Below are positions 18,112 through 25,933 of a DNA stretch of 64,000 nt, in pieces (position 1 is the stretch's first letter; each line of letters begins with the position of its first letter). A model generated the notes under the pieces. That model was given only the letters and a program-made list of their open reading frames with translations. It was not told the origin of the DNA and did not search any database. Source of the DNA: an uncultured Bacillota bacterium (lineage in GTDB: Bacteria > Bacillota_I > Bacilli_A > RF39 > UBA660); the NCBI GenBank assembly GCA_958428295.1, contig CAUAFL010000006.1, positions 11,745-75,744 of the forward strand, read 5' to 3'. Made by a program: the position numbers and the translations under genes.

Positions 18112-18308
18112 AAATTTGCCCCCGATCTAGTACTCAATGAAAAAAGGACAATCGCAAATAAGAACATAATTGTCCTATCTTTGATTATCCTTTTAATAAT
18201 AACAAAAGCATTTCTAGGTTGATTTTCTGATTTTAGGGGTACGATATCTAATAGTTGTTTTGTTTTAATAAATACAGCTTGCATTGTTAAGTTAAGACAT
18301 AGACTCAT
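18108..18308 (-). CDS. Upstream (leader-type) ORF of 66 codons, overlapping the regulator start (ATGA)
   Basis: GGGGG SD 6 nt before the ATG (18315-18319). Its 3' end carries the SD of the regulator. It contains a terminator-like hairpin. The peptide has no recognisable domain. Confidence 0.3.
   Translation of the reverse strand: MSLCLNLTMQAVFIKTKQLLDIVPLKSENQPRNAFVIIKRIIKDRTIMFLFAIVLFSLSTRSGANL
18140..18176 (-). terminator. Terminator-like hairpin embedded in the leader ORF
   Basis: AGGACAAT (18145-18152) and ATTGTCCT (18169-18176), 8-bp stem, 16-nt loop, followed on the minus strand by TTTTTT. Confidence 0.5.
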
Positions 18309-18319
18309 ACCTTACCCCC

Positions 18320-18386
18320 TAAAAAAGGAAGTAGATGCCGTTAAGGTTGTAAGCAACCTTAAAATCAGGATACATACTACTTCCTT
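18320..18386 (-). promoter_or_regulatory. Composite (nested) hairpin followed by U-tract, immediately 5' of the leader ORF SD
   Basis: Outer stem AAGGAAGTAG/CTACTTCCTT (18325-18334 / 18377-18386). Inner perfect 9-bp hairpin TTAAGGTTG-TAAG-CAACCTTAA (18341-18362). On the minus strand the 3' arm runs into TTTTTT, then A, then GGGGG. Confidence 0.5.
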
Positions 18387-18424
18387 AACTTCTTATAAAC
18401 AACAAATTTCTTTAATTGCTGTTT

Positions 18425-18453
18425 ATAATATACCAAAAACTACCAAAAATCAA
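18425..18453 (-). promoter_or_regulatory. Candidate sigma-A-type promoter for the leader/regulator transcript
   Basis: Minus strand reads TTGATT (18453-18448), 17 nt, TATTAT (18430-18425). Confidence 0.35.
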
Positions 18454-18486
18454 GCGTTTCAATCTAAAAACACTTAAAATTATTAC

Positions 18487-18543
18487 AAAATACGAAAAAA
18501 CACCAGCAAGTGGTGTTCCTTGAGTACATTTATTTCGTATTTT
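18487..18543 (-). terminator. Intrinsic terminator with complementary A-rich and T-rich flanks
   Basis: AACACCA-GCAAG-TGGTGTT (18499-18517) followed on the minus strand by TTTTTCGTATTTT. Outer 11-bp complementarity AAAATACGAAA/TTTCGTATTTT (18487-18497 / 18533-18543). Confidence 0.55.
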
Positions 18544-18627
18544 ACTATATTATATCACGCCATTGTTTATAGTCAATTAGGAATAAATGTTGTAGAAAAC
18601 ACGCCTAAAATGTCTGATGAAATCATC

Positions 18628-18646
18628 GTAAACACTTGTAAACACT
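18628..18646. repeat. Tandem direct repeat GTAAACACT-T-GTAAACACT
   Basis: Read directly from the sequence. The 12-mer GTAAACACTTGT also occurs, inverted, at 4147-4158 in the oriT-candidate block. Confidence 0.8.
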
Positions 18647-18737
18647 AGGTTTTTGTAAAAAGATACTTTGGTGGATAAAGCATTATTGAAAGCATTATGT
18701 AATTTTAATACAAGCATAAATGACTAAAATCTGCATA

Positions 18738-18761
18738 AAATAAAAAGAGATTTTACTCTTT
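18738..18761 (-). terminator. Terminator after the HTH gene 18781..19098
   Basis: AAAGAG-N6-CTCTTT (18744-18761) followed on the minus strand by TTATTTTAT. Confidence 0.45.
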
Positions 18762-18780
18762 TACATCTGTGTCCTTACAA

Positions 18781-19098
18781 TTATTTAATAAAGTCATCAA
18801 CATTTTTTTCCAATATGATAGATAGTTTGATTATCTTATCAAGTGGCATTTGTTTAGTACTATCAGTTTCACTTTCAAATCTTTTGTAGTGATTGTGATT
18901 ATAATCTAATAAAGCTGCAATATTTTCACTTGAATATGGGTTAATTGTACTGTTTGAATTTTGACTCTTAAACTCGTTGTATTTTTCCACACGAAACTTT
19001 TTGATGTTCTTACAAATCGTATCATAAATTATGTTTTTATCTACTGTGGATACTAGACCTTGTAGTTCTTCAAATCTTCGCATAGTCATTATTCCCAC
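18781..19098 (-). CDS. XRE-like HTH protein (105 aa)
   Basis: ICKNIKKFRVEKYNEF...SSENIAALLDYNHNHYKRFES...LDKIIKLSIIL has HTH_XRE-like spacing with an insertion. Confidence 0.45.
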   Translation of the reverse strand: MGIMTMRRFEELQGLVSTVDKNIIYDTICKNIKKFRVEKYNEFKSQNSNSTINPYSSENIAALLDYNHNHYKRFESETDSTKQMPLDKIIKLSIILEKNVDDFIK

Positions 19099-19200
19099 CT
19101 TTCTAAATAATTATCTCATTTATCAAAATGCAAAATAGCCACAAGTTCACACAAAATGGTGGTAAAAATCAAAAAAACTATGTTATAATAAATTAGGCAC

Positions 19201-19225
19201 AAAAAAAGAATAAGTAGTATTATTC
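19201..19225 (-). terminator. Terminator after the XRE gene
   Basis: GAATAA-N6-TTATTC (19208-19225) followed by T7 on the minus strand. Confidence 0.5.
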
Positions 19226-19498
19226 TTAGCGTCTTGGTATCCGATGATTTTCTACGGTGTTTCTTTCAATAAATAATTGTTCTAAAGAAATACCAAGAGT
19301 ATCAGCAATATGACCTATGTAATCAATTCGTGCATTTCTTCTTGCATTTTCTAAATTAGAAACATAAGTTGTGGTAGTTCCAAGTTCTTCTGCAAAATCT
19401 TCTTGGGACCAGTTCTTTTTAATTCTAAAATAGACTATGTTATTAGCAAGAATTTTACGAGCACAATCTTCATAGTTTTTACTCTGAATTATCATCAC
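19226..19498 (-). CDS. XRE-family HTH transcriptional regulator
   Basis: NIVYFRIKKNWSQEDFAEELGTTTTYVSNLENARRNARIDYIGHIADTLGISLEQLF is a canonical Cro/C1-type HTH. Confidence 0.85.
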   Translation of the reverse strand: MMIIQSKNYEDCARKILANNIVYFRIKKNWSQEDFAEELGTTTTYVSNLENARRNARIDYIGHIADTLGISLEQLFIERNTVENHRIPRR

Positions 19499-19663
19499 AC
19501 CCTTTCTTTATAACTTACTAATATTGTAATAAGTATGCTGTTTTTCAACCATACCAACTATGTAGTATTGTACTTATAATAATATTAAAAATAGTATGAG
19601 AAATTTGACGAAAAAGTGCTAGAAGGTAGGCAAAAATATAGAAAATGAGAAGGAGCTAAAAGT

Positions 19664-20188
19664 ATGAAAGTACAAAAAAACAATCTACAAGAATGTGCAG
19701 ATAACATTTCACAAAAATTAGAAGAAAGGATCAAAAAAATAATGGCTATTGAGTACCATTATAATTTATTAGACTTTTTTAAAGAAATTGATAAATTCAC
19801 AGAAGAAGAACAGCTTTTTGCCTATGAATTATTGATGAATGATTATTTAAAAAAGATTAAAGATTTTGATTCTAATATAATACTTGACAGAAAACAGGAT
19901 CGTAAAATTGATGATATAACTGATTTCTTTGACTATGATTATTACTCTAAAAACAAAGATAATGTAAGTAATGATGAATATTATGATGTAATGGAAGAAG
20001 CAGAATATGTTGTTGCTAATTTCATTTCAAAAATATTTAATCAAAAAGGTAGAACATTAACACTACCTGTTACGATTCAAAATATAAAAGATTATGGTGT
20101 TAGTAGTGTTGTTCCAGAAAAAGATATGAAAAAGGTTATCTACTGGATCATATTAAAATTAGCAGTAATTTATAATTATTATGTGTAA
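19664..20188 (+). CDS. Hypothetical protein (174 aa), divergent from the XRE gene
   Basis: GGAG SD. Acidic, Tyr/Asp-rich, with a hydrophobic C-terminus. Confidence 0.5.
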   Translation: MKVQKNNLQECADNISQKLEERIKKIMAIEYHYNLLDFFKEIDKFTEEEQLFAYELLMNDYLKKIKDFDSNIILDRKQDRKIDDITDFFDYDYYSKNKDNVSNDEYYDVMEEAEYVVANFISKIFNQKGRTLTLPVTIQNIKDYGVSSVVPEKDMKKVIYWIILKLAVIYNYYV

Positions 20189-20241
20189 TTAAAAATAGTA
20201 GTATTAGTAGTAAATTAGCAGTACCAAAAACCTACTTTCTA

Positions 20242-20265
20242 AAACACTCTGTTTGAGTGTTTTTT
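20242..20265 (+). terminator. Intrinsic terminator
   Basis: AAACACTC-N5-GAGTGTTT followed by a T-run. Confidence 0.6.
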
Positions 20266-20419
20266 AATATGATATAATTAACTCACAAACAAATAGCAAT
20301 TTATAAGTTAGATTATCAAGTAAAATTGATAGGCTTTTTCTTTAAAATAAAAAACATAGATTAAATCTATGCCCCTAATTATCAATGAATTCTGTTGATT
20401 TTATTTATTTTCTTGTTTT

Positions 20420-20884
20420 GTGGATAATGTCATCGGACCAACGGGCCCTAGCGGATTACCAGGCCCCAGCTTTAATGCTACACTCTATGGAACCGTCACC
20501 ACTTCCCAAACAGTACCAACAAATGCTAACATAACTTTAGATAATATTCCTATCATTAATACTATTACCTACCAAAATGGCAACATTACGATACAAGAGG
20601 ATGGCTTATATTCAATTAATGTAGATGCGCTAGTGAGAACGGCATCAGGACAAGTAATTAGACTTGAAATACAAAGAATAACTCCTACCCAAGAAACAAT
20701 TCTACCACTATCTTCAGGAACTTATGTAAATTCTGGAACCACAGTCGACATACACGGAAACGCGTTATTTTATGCGAATGCGCTCGATGTCATAAGCATA
20801 GTAAATACGAGCGAACAACCAATTACGCTAGAAACAACAGGTCAAAATGCTCTTAATCTCAGTATTTTTAAAATCGCCGAATAA
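20420..20884 (+). CDS. Collagen-like / BclA C-terminal-domain-like protein, probably 5'-truncated
   Basis: Only four GXY triplets (GPTGPSGLPGPS) precede a beta-rich domain of about 135 aa of exosporium BclA/C1q-like type. GTG start with no SD. An in-frame TGA lies 22 nt upstream. Composition jumps exactly here. Confidence 0.5.
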   Translation: MDNVIGPTGPSGLPGPSFNATLYGTVTTSQTVPTNANITLDNIPIINTITYQNGNITIQEDGLYSINVDALVRTASGQVIRLEIQRITPTQETILPLSSGTYVNSGTTVDIHGNALFYANALDVISIVNTSEQPITLETTGQNALNLSIFKIAE

Positions 20885-20975
20885 TAAAGGAAAGATATTT
20901 TACTAAATGAAAACATCATTGTCAAAAATACCAATATATAGTATAATAAACATAAAGAAAATGGGAGAAATAACA

Positions 20976-21440
20976 ATGAATTTAGCAGTATTTATAAGAG
21001 AAAAAGTCTTTCTATATGTGGAAAACAAAACGTTTGAATTAATTAAGAAATCTCTTAACCAACCTTTATCAAAAAAAGAACAAGAACAACTACTACAATT
21101 AATGCAAAAGCGTATTCATTATTTAGAAGAGGAATTTACTAGTAAACAAAATGATGATAATAGCTTTATCATGGCTCGATTTCTAACAAATGGTCTCACA
21201 TTAATTGCTGATGTGTTTAAGGGCTTAGAAACTAGTAAACAACAGCCCATCACTAAAAATCTTCAGCAACTAGCAGCGCATTACCAAACCATCAGTGATT
21301 ATGAGCAACAAGTTCTCATTTACAAAGAAGAACCTTCCTATGAACATTATTATCTAGCGGAAGAAAAATATCAGGAAGCGCAAACCTTAAAAGAAGGCTA
21401 TGAGCTACCTAAAATACTTTCTAAAATTAAAAATCAGTAA
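20976..21440 (+). CDS. Hypothetical protein
   Basis: I prefer the ATG at 20976 (GGGAG SD 8 nt upstream) over the track start at 20907. Confidence 0.5.
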   Translation: MNLAVFIREKVFLYVENKTFELIKKSLNQPLSKKEQEQLLQLMQKRIHYLEEEFTSKQNDDNSFIMARFLTNGLTLIADVFKGLETSKQQPITKNLQQLAAHYQTISDYEQQVLIYKEEPSYEHYYLAEEKYQEAQTLKEGYELPKILSKIKNQ

Positions 21441-21450
21441 CAACTGATTT
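21431..21450. terminator. Bidirectional terminator between convergent genes
   Basis: AAATCAGT-AACA-ACTGATTT, a perfect 8-bp stem with A/T runs on both sides. Confidence 0.6.
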
Positions 21451-22455
21451 TTATATTAGACTTTTTCTAGTAAATGTCTCAACATTAGGAGAAAGATAAA
21501 CATTAAGCATACCTTTATTAACAATTTTAACAAAACCTAATCCGCTAATACACAAATCTTCTTCATACTTCATCTCATAGGTATGTTTTGATAAAGTCTT
21601 TAAATCATCGCGCTTACTAGCAATTCTTTTGATCTTTAATTCATTAGATACAAAAAATGTAAAACTATTACGTTCCCCTTCAACATAATCGATCCGTACC
21701 AAATCCTCAATCAACAAACTTTGTCCTTTTTTCAGTTGATAAGTACGAGGTTTAATTTCTTTCTTAGGACTAATTTTCTTAAACATTTCTTGACTAATGG
21801 TGTTCACAATATTCATAGGATCCACAAGTCCTGGTGTATCAATTAAGATTAAATAATCATTAATTACAATCTTAACTGTATTGAGGGTAGTAGAAGGTAA
21901 TGGCGAAATTGTTAACTCCTGCGTATTGTCCGAATAATTACGCAACAATTTGTTAATTAAAGTGGATTTTCCAGCATTGGTATGTCCTACTACATACACT
22001 TCATTACTGGTTTGATATAGTTTGATTTGTTTTAACAACTCATCAATATTTTCATTCTTAGAAGCACTGACGACTAAAATTTTTTCAAAAGGAATAGTCA
22101 TCTGACTAAAATACGCCAACAGCTTTTTTTCTTTAACTGATTTAGGAAAAACATCTTTTTTATTTAAAACCAATATCATTTTATTAGGAATATATTGTCT
22201 TATTTCCGTTAGATCATGCTCCAAATTTAATAAATCAGCAATATACAATACCAAATTTTTAGTTTTCCCAACCTGCTTCAAAATTTCAATATACTCGTCA
22301 TTATTCTTAGCAACAACTTGATAATCACCGTAGTTTTTAATTCTAAAACAACGTTGACACAGCGTATTTTCTAAAGACGCAGTATATCCTTCCTGCAAAA
22401 CATTTTCATCTTGCAACTTAACGCCACAACCCTGACAATATTTAATTGGATTCAT
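21451..22455 (-). CDS. yqeH: Ribosome biogenesis GTPase YqeH (circularly permuted)
   Basis: N-terminal CQGCG...CQRC zinc motif. Motif order NKKD, then GHTNAGKST, then DTPG. The ATG at 22455 follows the AGAGGGAAG SD. Confidence 0.85.
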   Translation of the reverse strand: MNPIKYCQGCGVKLQDENVLQEGYTASLENTLCQRCFRIKNYGDYQVVAKNNDEYIEILKQVGKTKNLVLYIADLLNLEHDLTEIRQYIPNKMILVLNKKDVFPKSVKEKKLLAYFSQMTIPFEKILVVSASKNENIDELLKQIKLYQTSNEVYVVGHTNAGKSTLINKLLRNYSDNTQELTISPLPSTTLNTVKIVINDYLILIDTPGLVDPMNIVNTISQEMFKKISPKKEIKPRTYQLKKGQSLLIEDLVRIDYVEGERNSFTFFVSNELKIKRIASKRDDLKTLSKHTYEMKYEEDLCISGLGFVKIVNKGMLNVYLSPNVETFTRKSLI

Positions 22456-22975
22456 AATACTTCCCTCTTTCAAACAACTTTTTAGTTTGATACTTCATCA
22501 TAATTTTCTGTTCAAAATAGCGATTAATACCAGTCACTTTCAAATCCTTAGTTCCTAAAGCATCCACAAAGATGGTAAATAATCCTAAGCGATTTCCCAA
22601 AGCCATATCTGTTAAAAATTGATCGCCAATCAAAGCCATTTCCTGGACCTTAAAATGATAAGTGTTCATAATTTTCCGAACAGATCTAGCAAAAGGTTTT
22701 ATTGAAAACGGATAAGCTTTAACAGCGAGCGCTTCACCAAATGGTTGAACTCGTTTATTAGGGCTATTAGAAATAATAAACACATGAAAATCTTGTTTTA
22801 AATTAGTAATTAAGTCAAGCACTTGCGGATTAGGAAGGGATTCTGAAAGTAGCGCCAAAGTATTATCTAAATCAAAAATTAAGCAACGAATTCCTCTTTG
22901 TAATAGTTTTTGATAAGGAATGGTAAAAATAGATGATTGGTACATATTGGGTAAGTATCTATTCATAAATGACAC
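22442..22975 (-). CDS. yqeG: YqeG-family HAD phosphatase
   Basis: LIFDLDNTLA motif I. Sits upstream of yqeH in the conserved order. Confidence 0.75.
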   Translation of the reverse strand: MSFMNRYLPNMYQSSIFTIPYQKLLQRGIRCLIFDLDNTLALLSESLPNPQVLDLITNLKQDFHVFIISNSPNKRVQPFGEALAVKAYPFSIKPFARSVRKIMNTYHFKVQEMALIGDQFLTDMALGNRLGLFTIFVDALGTKDLKVTGINRYFEQKIMMKYQTKKLFERGKYYESN

Positions 22976-23012
22976 CTCTCTATACTATTATACACAAATT
23001 ACAACAAACTTT

Positions 23013-24431
23013 CTAGTTATTGACTTTTTGTTTAACCATTTCGGTTCCCAGCGTAATAGCTTCAAAGTGATACCCATTCGCTTTGCCATATTGAATAATG
23101 GATGCTAAAGCATCCCTTGTATAAGGTTTTACATCATGCATCAAAATCATATTAATACGATCTTTAGATAGCTGCTTAATTACATTTTGATAAATCGACT
23201 GACTATCCTTCAATCCCGCTGCATCACCGCTACTAATATTCCAGTCATAATACTGATACCCTCGTTTAAGGACTTCGCCCGTTAACATAGACATAATACC
23301 TTTAGTATACTTACGACTAATAGTATTACTACTTCCTCCGGGAAAGCGAATAATGCGCGGATCCTGCCCTGTAAGACGCTCTACACGATCATGAACAGCT
23401 TGTAAATCTTCAAAATAAGAGGCAACAGAAGCATAGACTGTTCCATAATTATGACTAGCTGTATGAAGCGCTACGGTGTGTCCCTCGGCTGCTTCTCGTT
23501 TAATCAGTTCATCTGGTCCATGATTGGTCACAAAGAAAGTAGCCTTTACGCCTTCCGCTTTTAAAATATCCAAAATAACATCCGTCGTACCACTACGTGG
23601 ACCATCATCAAAGGTTAAATAAATGGTTCCCGGACTACCATGCTGTACCACCCGAATGATCCTCTCTACTTCTTTTTTATTATCACTTTGATCAGTAACC
23701 GTATAACGTAATTTTTGTTCTCCTATTTGAGAAGTGTCAATAGTTCCTGTCACCTTGACAGCCTTAGTTACATCTCCATCACAACGATCCTCTGCCTGAT
23801 ACCCAGGTTCTGTGAACGCCTCATTCAAAAATACAAAAGTAACCTCCCCACCTTGCAAAGTAAGTTGTGGTGCCTCCTTATCCTTTTCTATTAATTGCCG
23901 CTCCACACGAGCACTATTATGAGCTTTATCTTCTACTATATAAATAATTTTAGAACCTTTTTTTTCAACCTTAACTTGCTTCGTAACATCGCCATCCACA
24001 TTATCATGAGCCTGATACCCCTCTTCTTGATAATGACTATTAGGACAAATAAACGTCTTATTCTCACCTTGCAAAGTGATAATAGGTGCTTCAATATCAG
24101 CAACTTTAACCGTCCTCACCACTTTGGAACGCAATCCATTTTTCTGAAATGTGTACACCACCTGGTACGTTCCTTTTTTCTTCATATTAATCGTCTTATG
24201 AACCTTAACTTTGGAACTAACATCTTTGCCTAAATAAGTCGCTTTATAACCTGGATCTTTAAATGAAGAACCAATATTTACGGTAAGTACCGTTTTTCCT
24301 TTTAAAGTAATACGTGGCATAAGCAACACAAAAGAGAAAATAAGAACAAATAAAACCATTGAAACAACGGCTAATAAAATTTCCTGTCTTTTAAAATTAG
24401 CATCTCTTCTTGGTTTTATTTTTCTCATCAT
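23013..24431 (-). CDS. Polysaccharide deacetylase (NodB domain) with N-terminal TM and repeated Ig-like domains
   Basis: LTFDDGPRSG...HTASH NodB motifs. Two repeats of the form EAPxITLQG...EPGYQAxDxxDGDVTKxVKV. Confidence 0.8.
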   Translation of the reverse strand: MMRKIKPRRDANFKRQEILLAVVSMVLFVLIFSFVLLMPRITLKGKTVLTVNIGSSFKDPGYKATYLGKDVSSKVKVHKTINMKKKGTYQVVYTFQKNGLRSKVVRTVKVADIEAPIITLQGENKTFICPNSHYQEEGYQAHDNVDGDVTKQVKVEKKGSKIIYIVEDKAHNSARVERQLIEKDKEAPQLTLQGGEVTFVFLNEAFTEPGYQAEDRCDGDVTKAVKVTGTIDTSQIGEQKLRYTVTDQSDNKKEVERIIRVVQHGSPGTIYLTFDDGPRSGTTDVILDILKAEGVKATFFVTNHGPDELIKREAAEGHTVALHTASHNYGTVYASVASYFEDLQAVHDRVERLTGQDPRIIRFPGGSSNTISRKYTKGIMSMLTGEVLKRGYQYYDWNISSGDAAGLKDSQSIYQNVIKQLSKDRINMILMHDVKPYTRDALASIIQYGKANGYHFEAITLGTEMVKQKVNN

Positions 24432-24522
24432 ACATTCCCTTCCTCAACTATCCTCATTATAAAGACAAACAAGGTATAAGTCCAGGTTTTTCCTAAGGTT
24501 AGTATGTAACTTAACACATTTT

Positions 24523-25227
24523 CTATTCCATATTTTCGTAATGATTATGCTTAATGAATTCACGTAAAATTTTAGTTAATGCACGCTTTTCAATTCGTGA
24601 CACATAACTTCTAGAAATATTGAGTTCACTAGCAATCATCTTCTGTGTCTGTTCCTTCTTTCCTGCCAAACCATAACGACGAATAACAATTTCCTGTTCT
24701 CGCTTAGTTAAAATTTTCATATATTCACTCAATAAGGCCACATTATCCTTTAAATGAATTTCTTCAATAAAATCTGGCTTAGGAGCTTTTAAAATATCTA
24801 AAATAGAAATCTCATTTCCTTCTTTATCAAATCCAACTGGTTCATTTAACGAAATATTTTTAGTATTTTTATTATTGGCCCGAAAATACATCAAAATTTC
24901 ATTTTGAATACATTTGGCACAATAAGTTGTTAATCGATTTCCCTTACTACTAGTAAAAGTATCTACACCTTTAATTAAGCCAATTGTTCCAACACTAATT
25001 AAATCATCCTGGTCAACATTTTTATAGTCAAACTTCTTAACAATATGAGCAACCAATCGTAAATTGTGCTCAATTAACTGATTGCGAGCCTCAACATTGC
25101 CTGTCTGCATTAAAACAATACAATGCTCCTCTTCTTCTTTGGAAAGCGGTTCTGGAAACACTTGATTAGAATAAGAGGCTGTCAAAGTAAAAAATCCCCG
25201 TAAACTATCAAACAAATGAAATAACAT
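24523..25227 (-). CDS. sigK: Sporulation sigma factor SigK (pro-sigma form), uninterrupted
   Basis: FPEPLSKEEE, IEHNLRLVAHIVKKF, DLISVGTIGLIKGVDTF and SRSYVSRIEKRAL closely track B. subtilis SigK as I recall it. Confidence 0.75.
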   Translation of the reverse strand: MLFHLFDSLRGFFTLTASYSNQVFPEPLSKEEEEHCIVLMQTGNVEARNQLIEHNLRLVAHIVKKFDYKNVDQDDLISVGTIGLIKGVDTFTSSKGNRLTTYCAKCIQNEILMYFRANNKNTKNISLNEPVGFDKEGNEISILDILKAPKPDFIEEIHLKDNVALLSEYMKILTKREQEIVIRRYGLAGKKEQTQKMIASELNISRSYVSRIEKRALTKILREFIKHNHYENME

Positions 25228-25320
25228 AATTTATCACCTAATAAATTTTATGTCGAAAAAAGGAAAGCATGAACTTATTTGTAAAGAACCAAAAAAAGAA
25301 GCCTTCTTGACTTCTAAAAA

Positions 25321-25656
25321 TTATTGCAAAACTTCATTATTTTGAAAACCAATTATCTTAGGTGCTATCATTTTTTTAACCATCACTGAAGACTGTTCCT
25401 GATAAACACTTAACAATTGAGATTCACTCATCTTTCGAGTTTTCTTTTCAATCGGTAAAAAAGTGGCCAAAGGTTCTACTTCCCTAGGATGAAAATAATA
25501 TCTTGTTCCTGTAAACACACAGTGATACGAAGGATCTATCCGTTTATCTAGTAAAAACTGGGCTACCATTTTTAATTTAGAACACTCTTTAACAATCACA
25601 GCAGATTGAATATTTCCAGAATTTACTATCCCCACATATAAATTTTTTACTTTCAT
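25321..25656 (-). CDS. Hypothetical protein (111 aa)
   Basis: ORF only. Confidence 0.4.
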   Translation of the reverse strand: MKVKNLYVGIVNSGNIQSAVIVKECSKLKMVAQFLLDKRIDPSYHCVFTGTRYYFHPREVEPLATFLPIEKKTRKMSESQLLSVYQEQSSVMVKKMIAPKIIGFQNNEVLQ

Positions 25657-25933
25657 AGTCTATATTCCTTTCAAGTAAAAAGTATAATAAGCTTTAAAAG
25701 TTTCTTTGTCAAGTAAAATGATGCCTAGATGAATAAATTACTTGAAATAAATAACAAGATATATTTCATAGACTTAATCGTTTAGAGATAACTATTACAT
25801 TAAAAAGACTAAAATAACAATTGTCATCTTAGTCTCTAATTAATAGATAAATACTATCACTTATAAAAGTGTACATTTAAATATCTTACTTTTCTACACA
25901 AGATCAAAGTTACTCTTGTTTTTTCGTTTTGAA

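Larger units (their letters stand above)
1..20400 (-). mobile_element. One arm of a Gram-positive conjugative element (ICE or integrated plasmid): transfer, relaxosome and regulation modules; continues past window start
   Basis: Contiguous minus-strand T4CP, relaxase, VirB4, M23 hydrolase, VirB3/VirB6-like, sortase/adhesin, SSB and regulator genes. Looks more AT-rich than the flanking core. Has its own GGGGG SD style. Composition changes abruptly near 20400-20420. Confidence 0.75.

Noticed and set aside
1666-18325. The recurring TTATAACCCCCTTA motif as a CRISPR-like or REP-like repeat family
   Set aside because: Each copy sits immediately upstream of a minus-strand start codon and reads as SD plus spacer. 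The spacing follows the genes and is not regular. No CRISPR array is present anywhere in the window.
24523-25227. skin-like intervening element in sigK
   Set aside because: The sigK reading frame is continuous from the pro-sequence to region 4.2. No recombinase gene is nearby.
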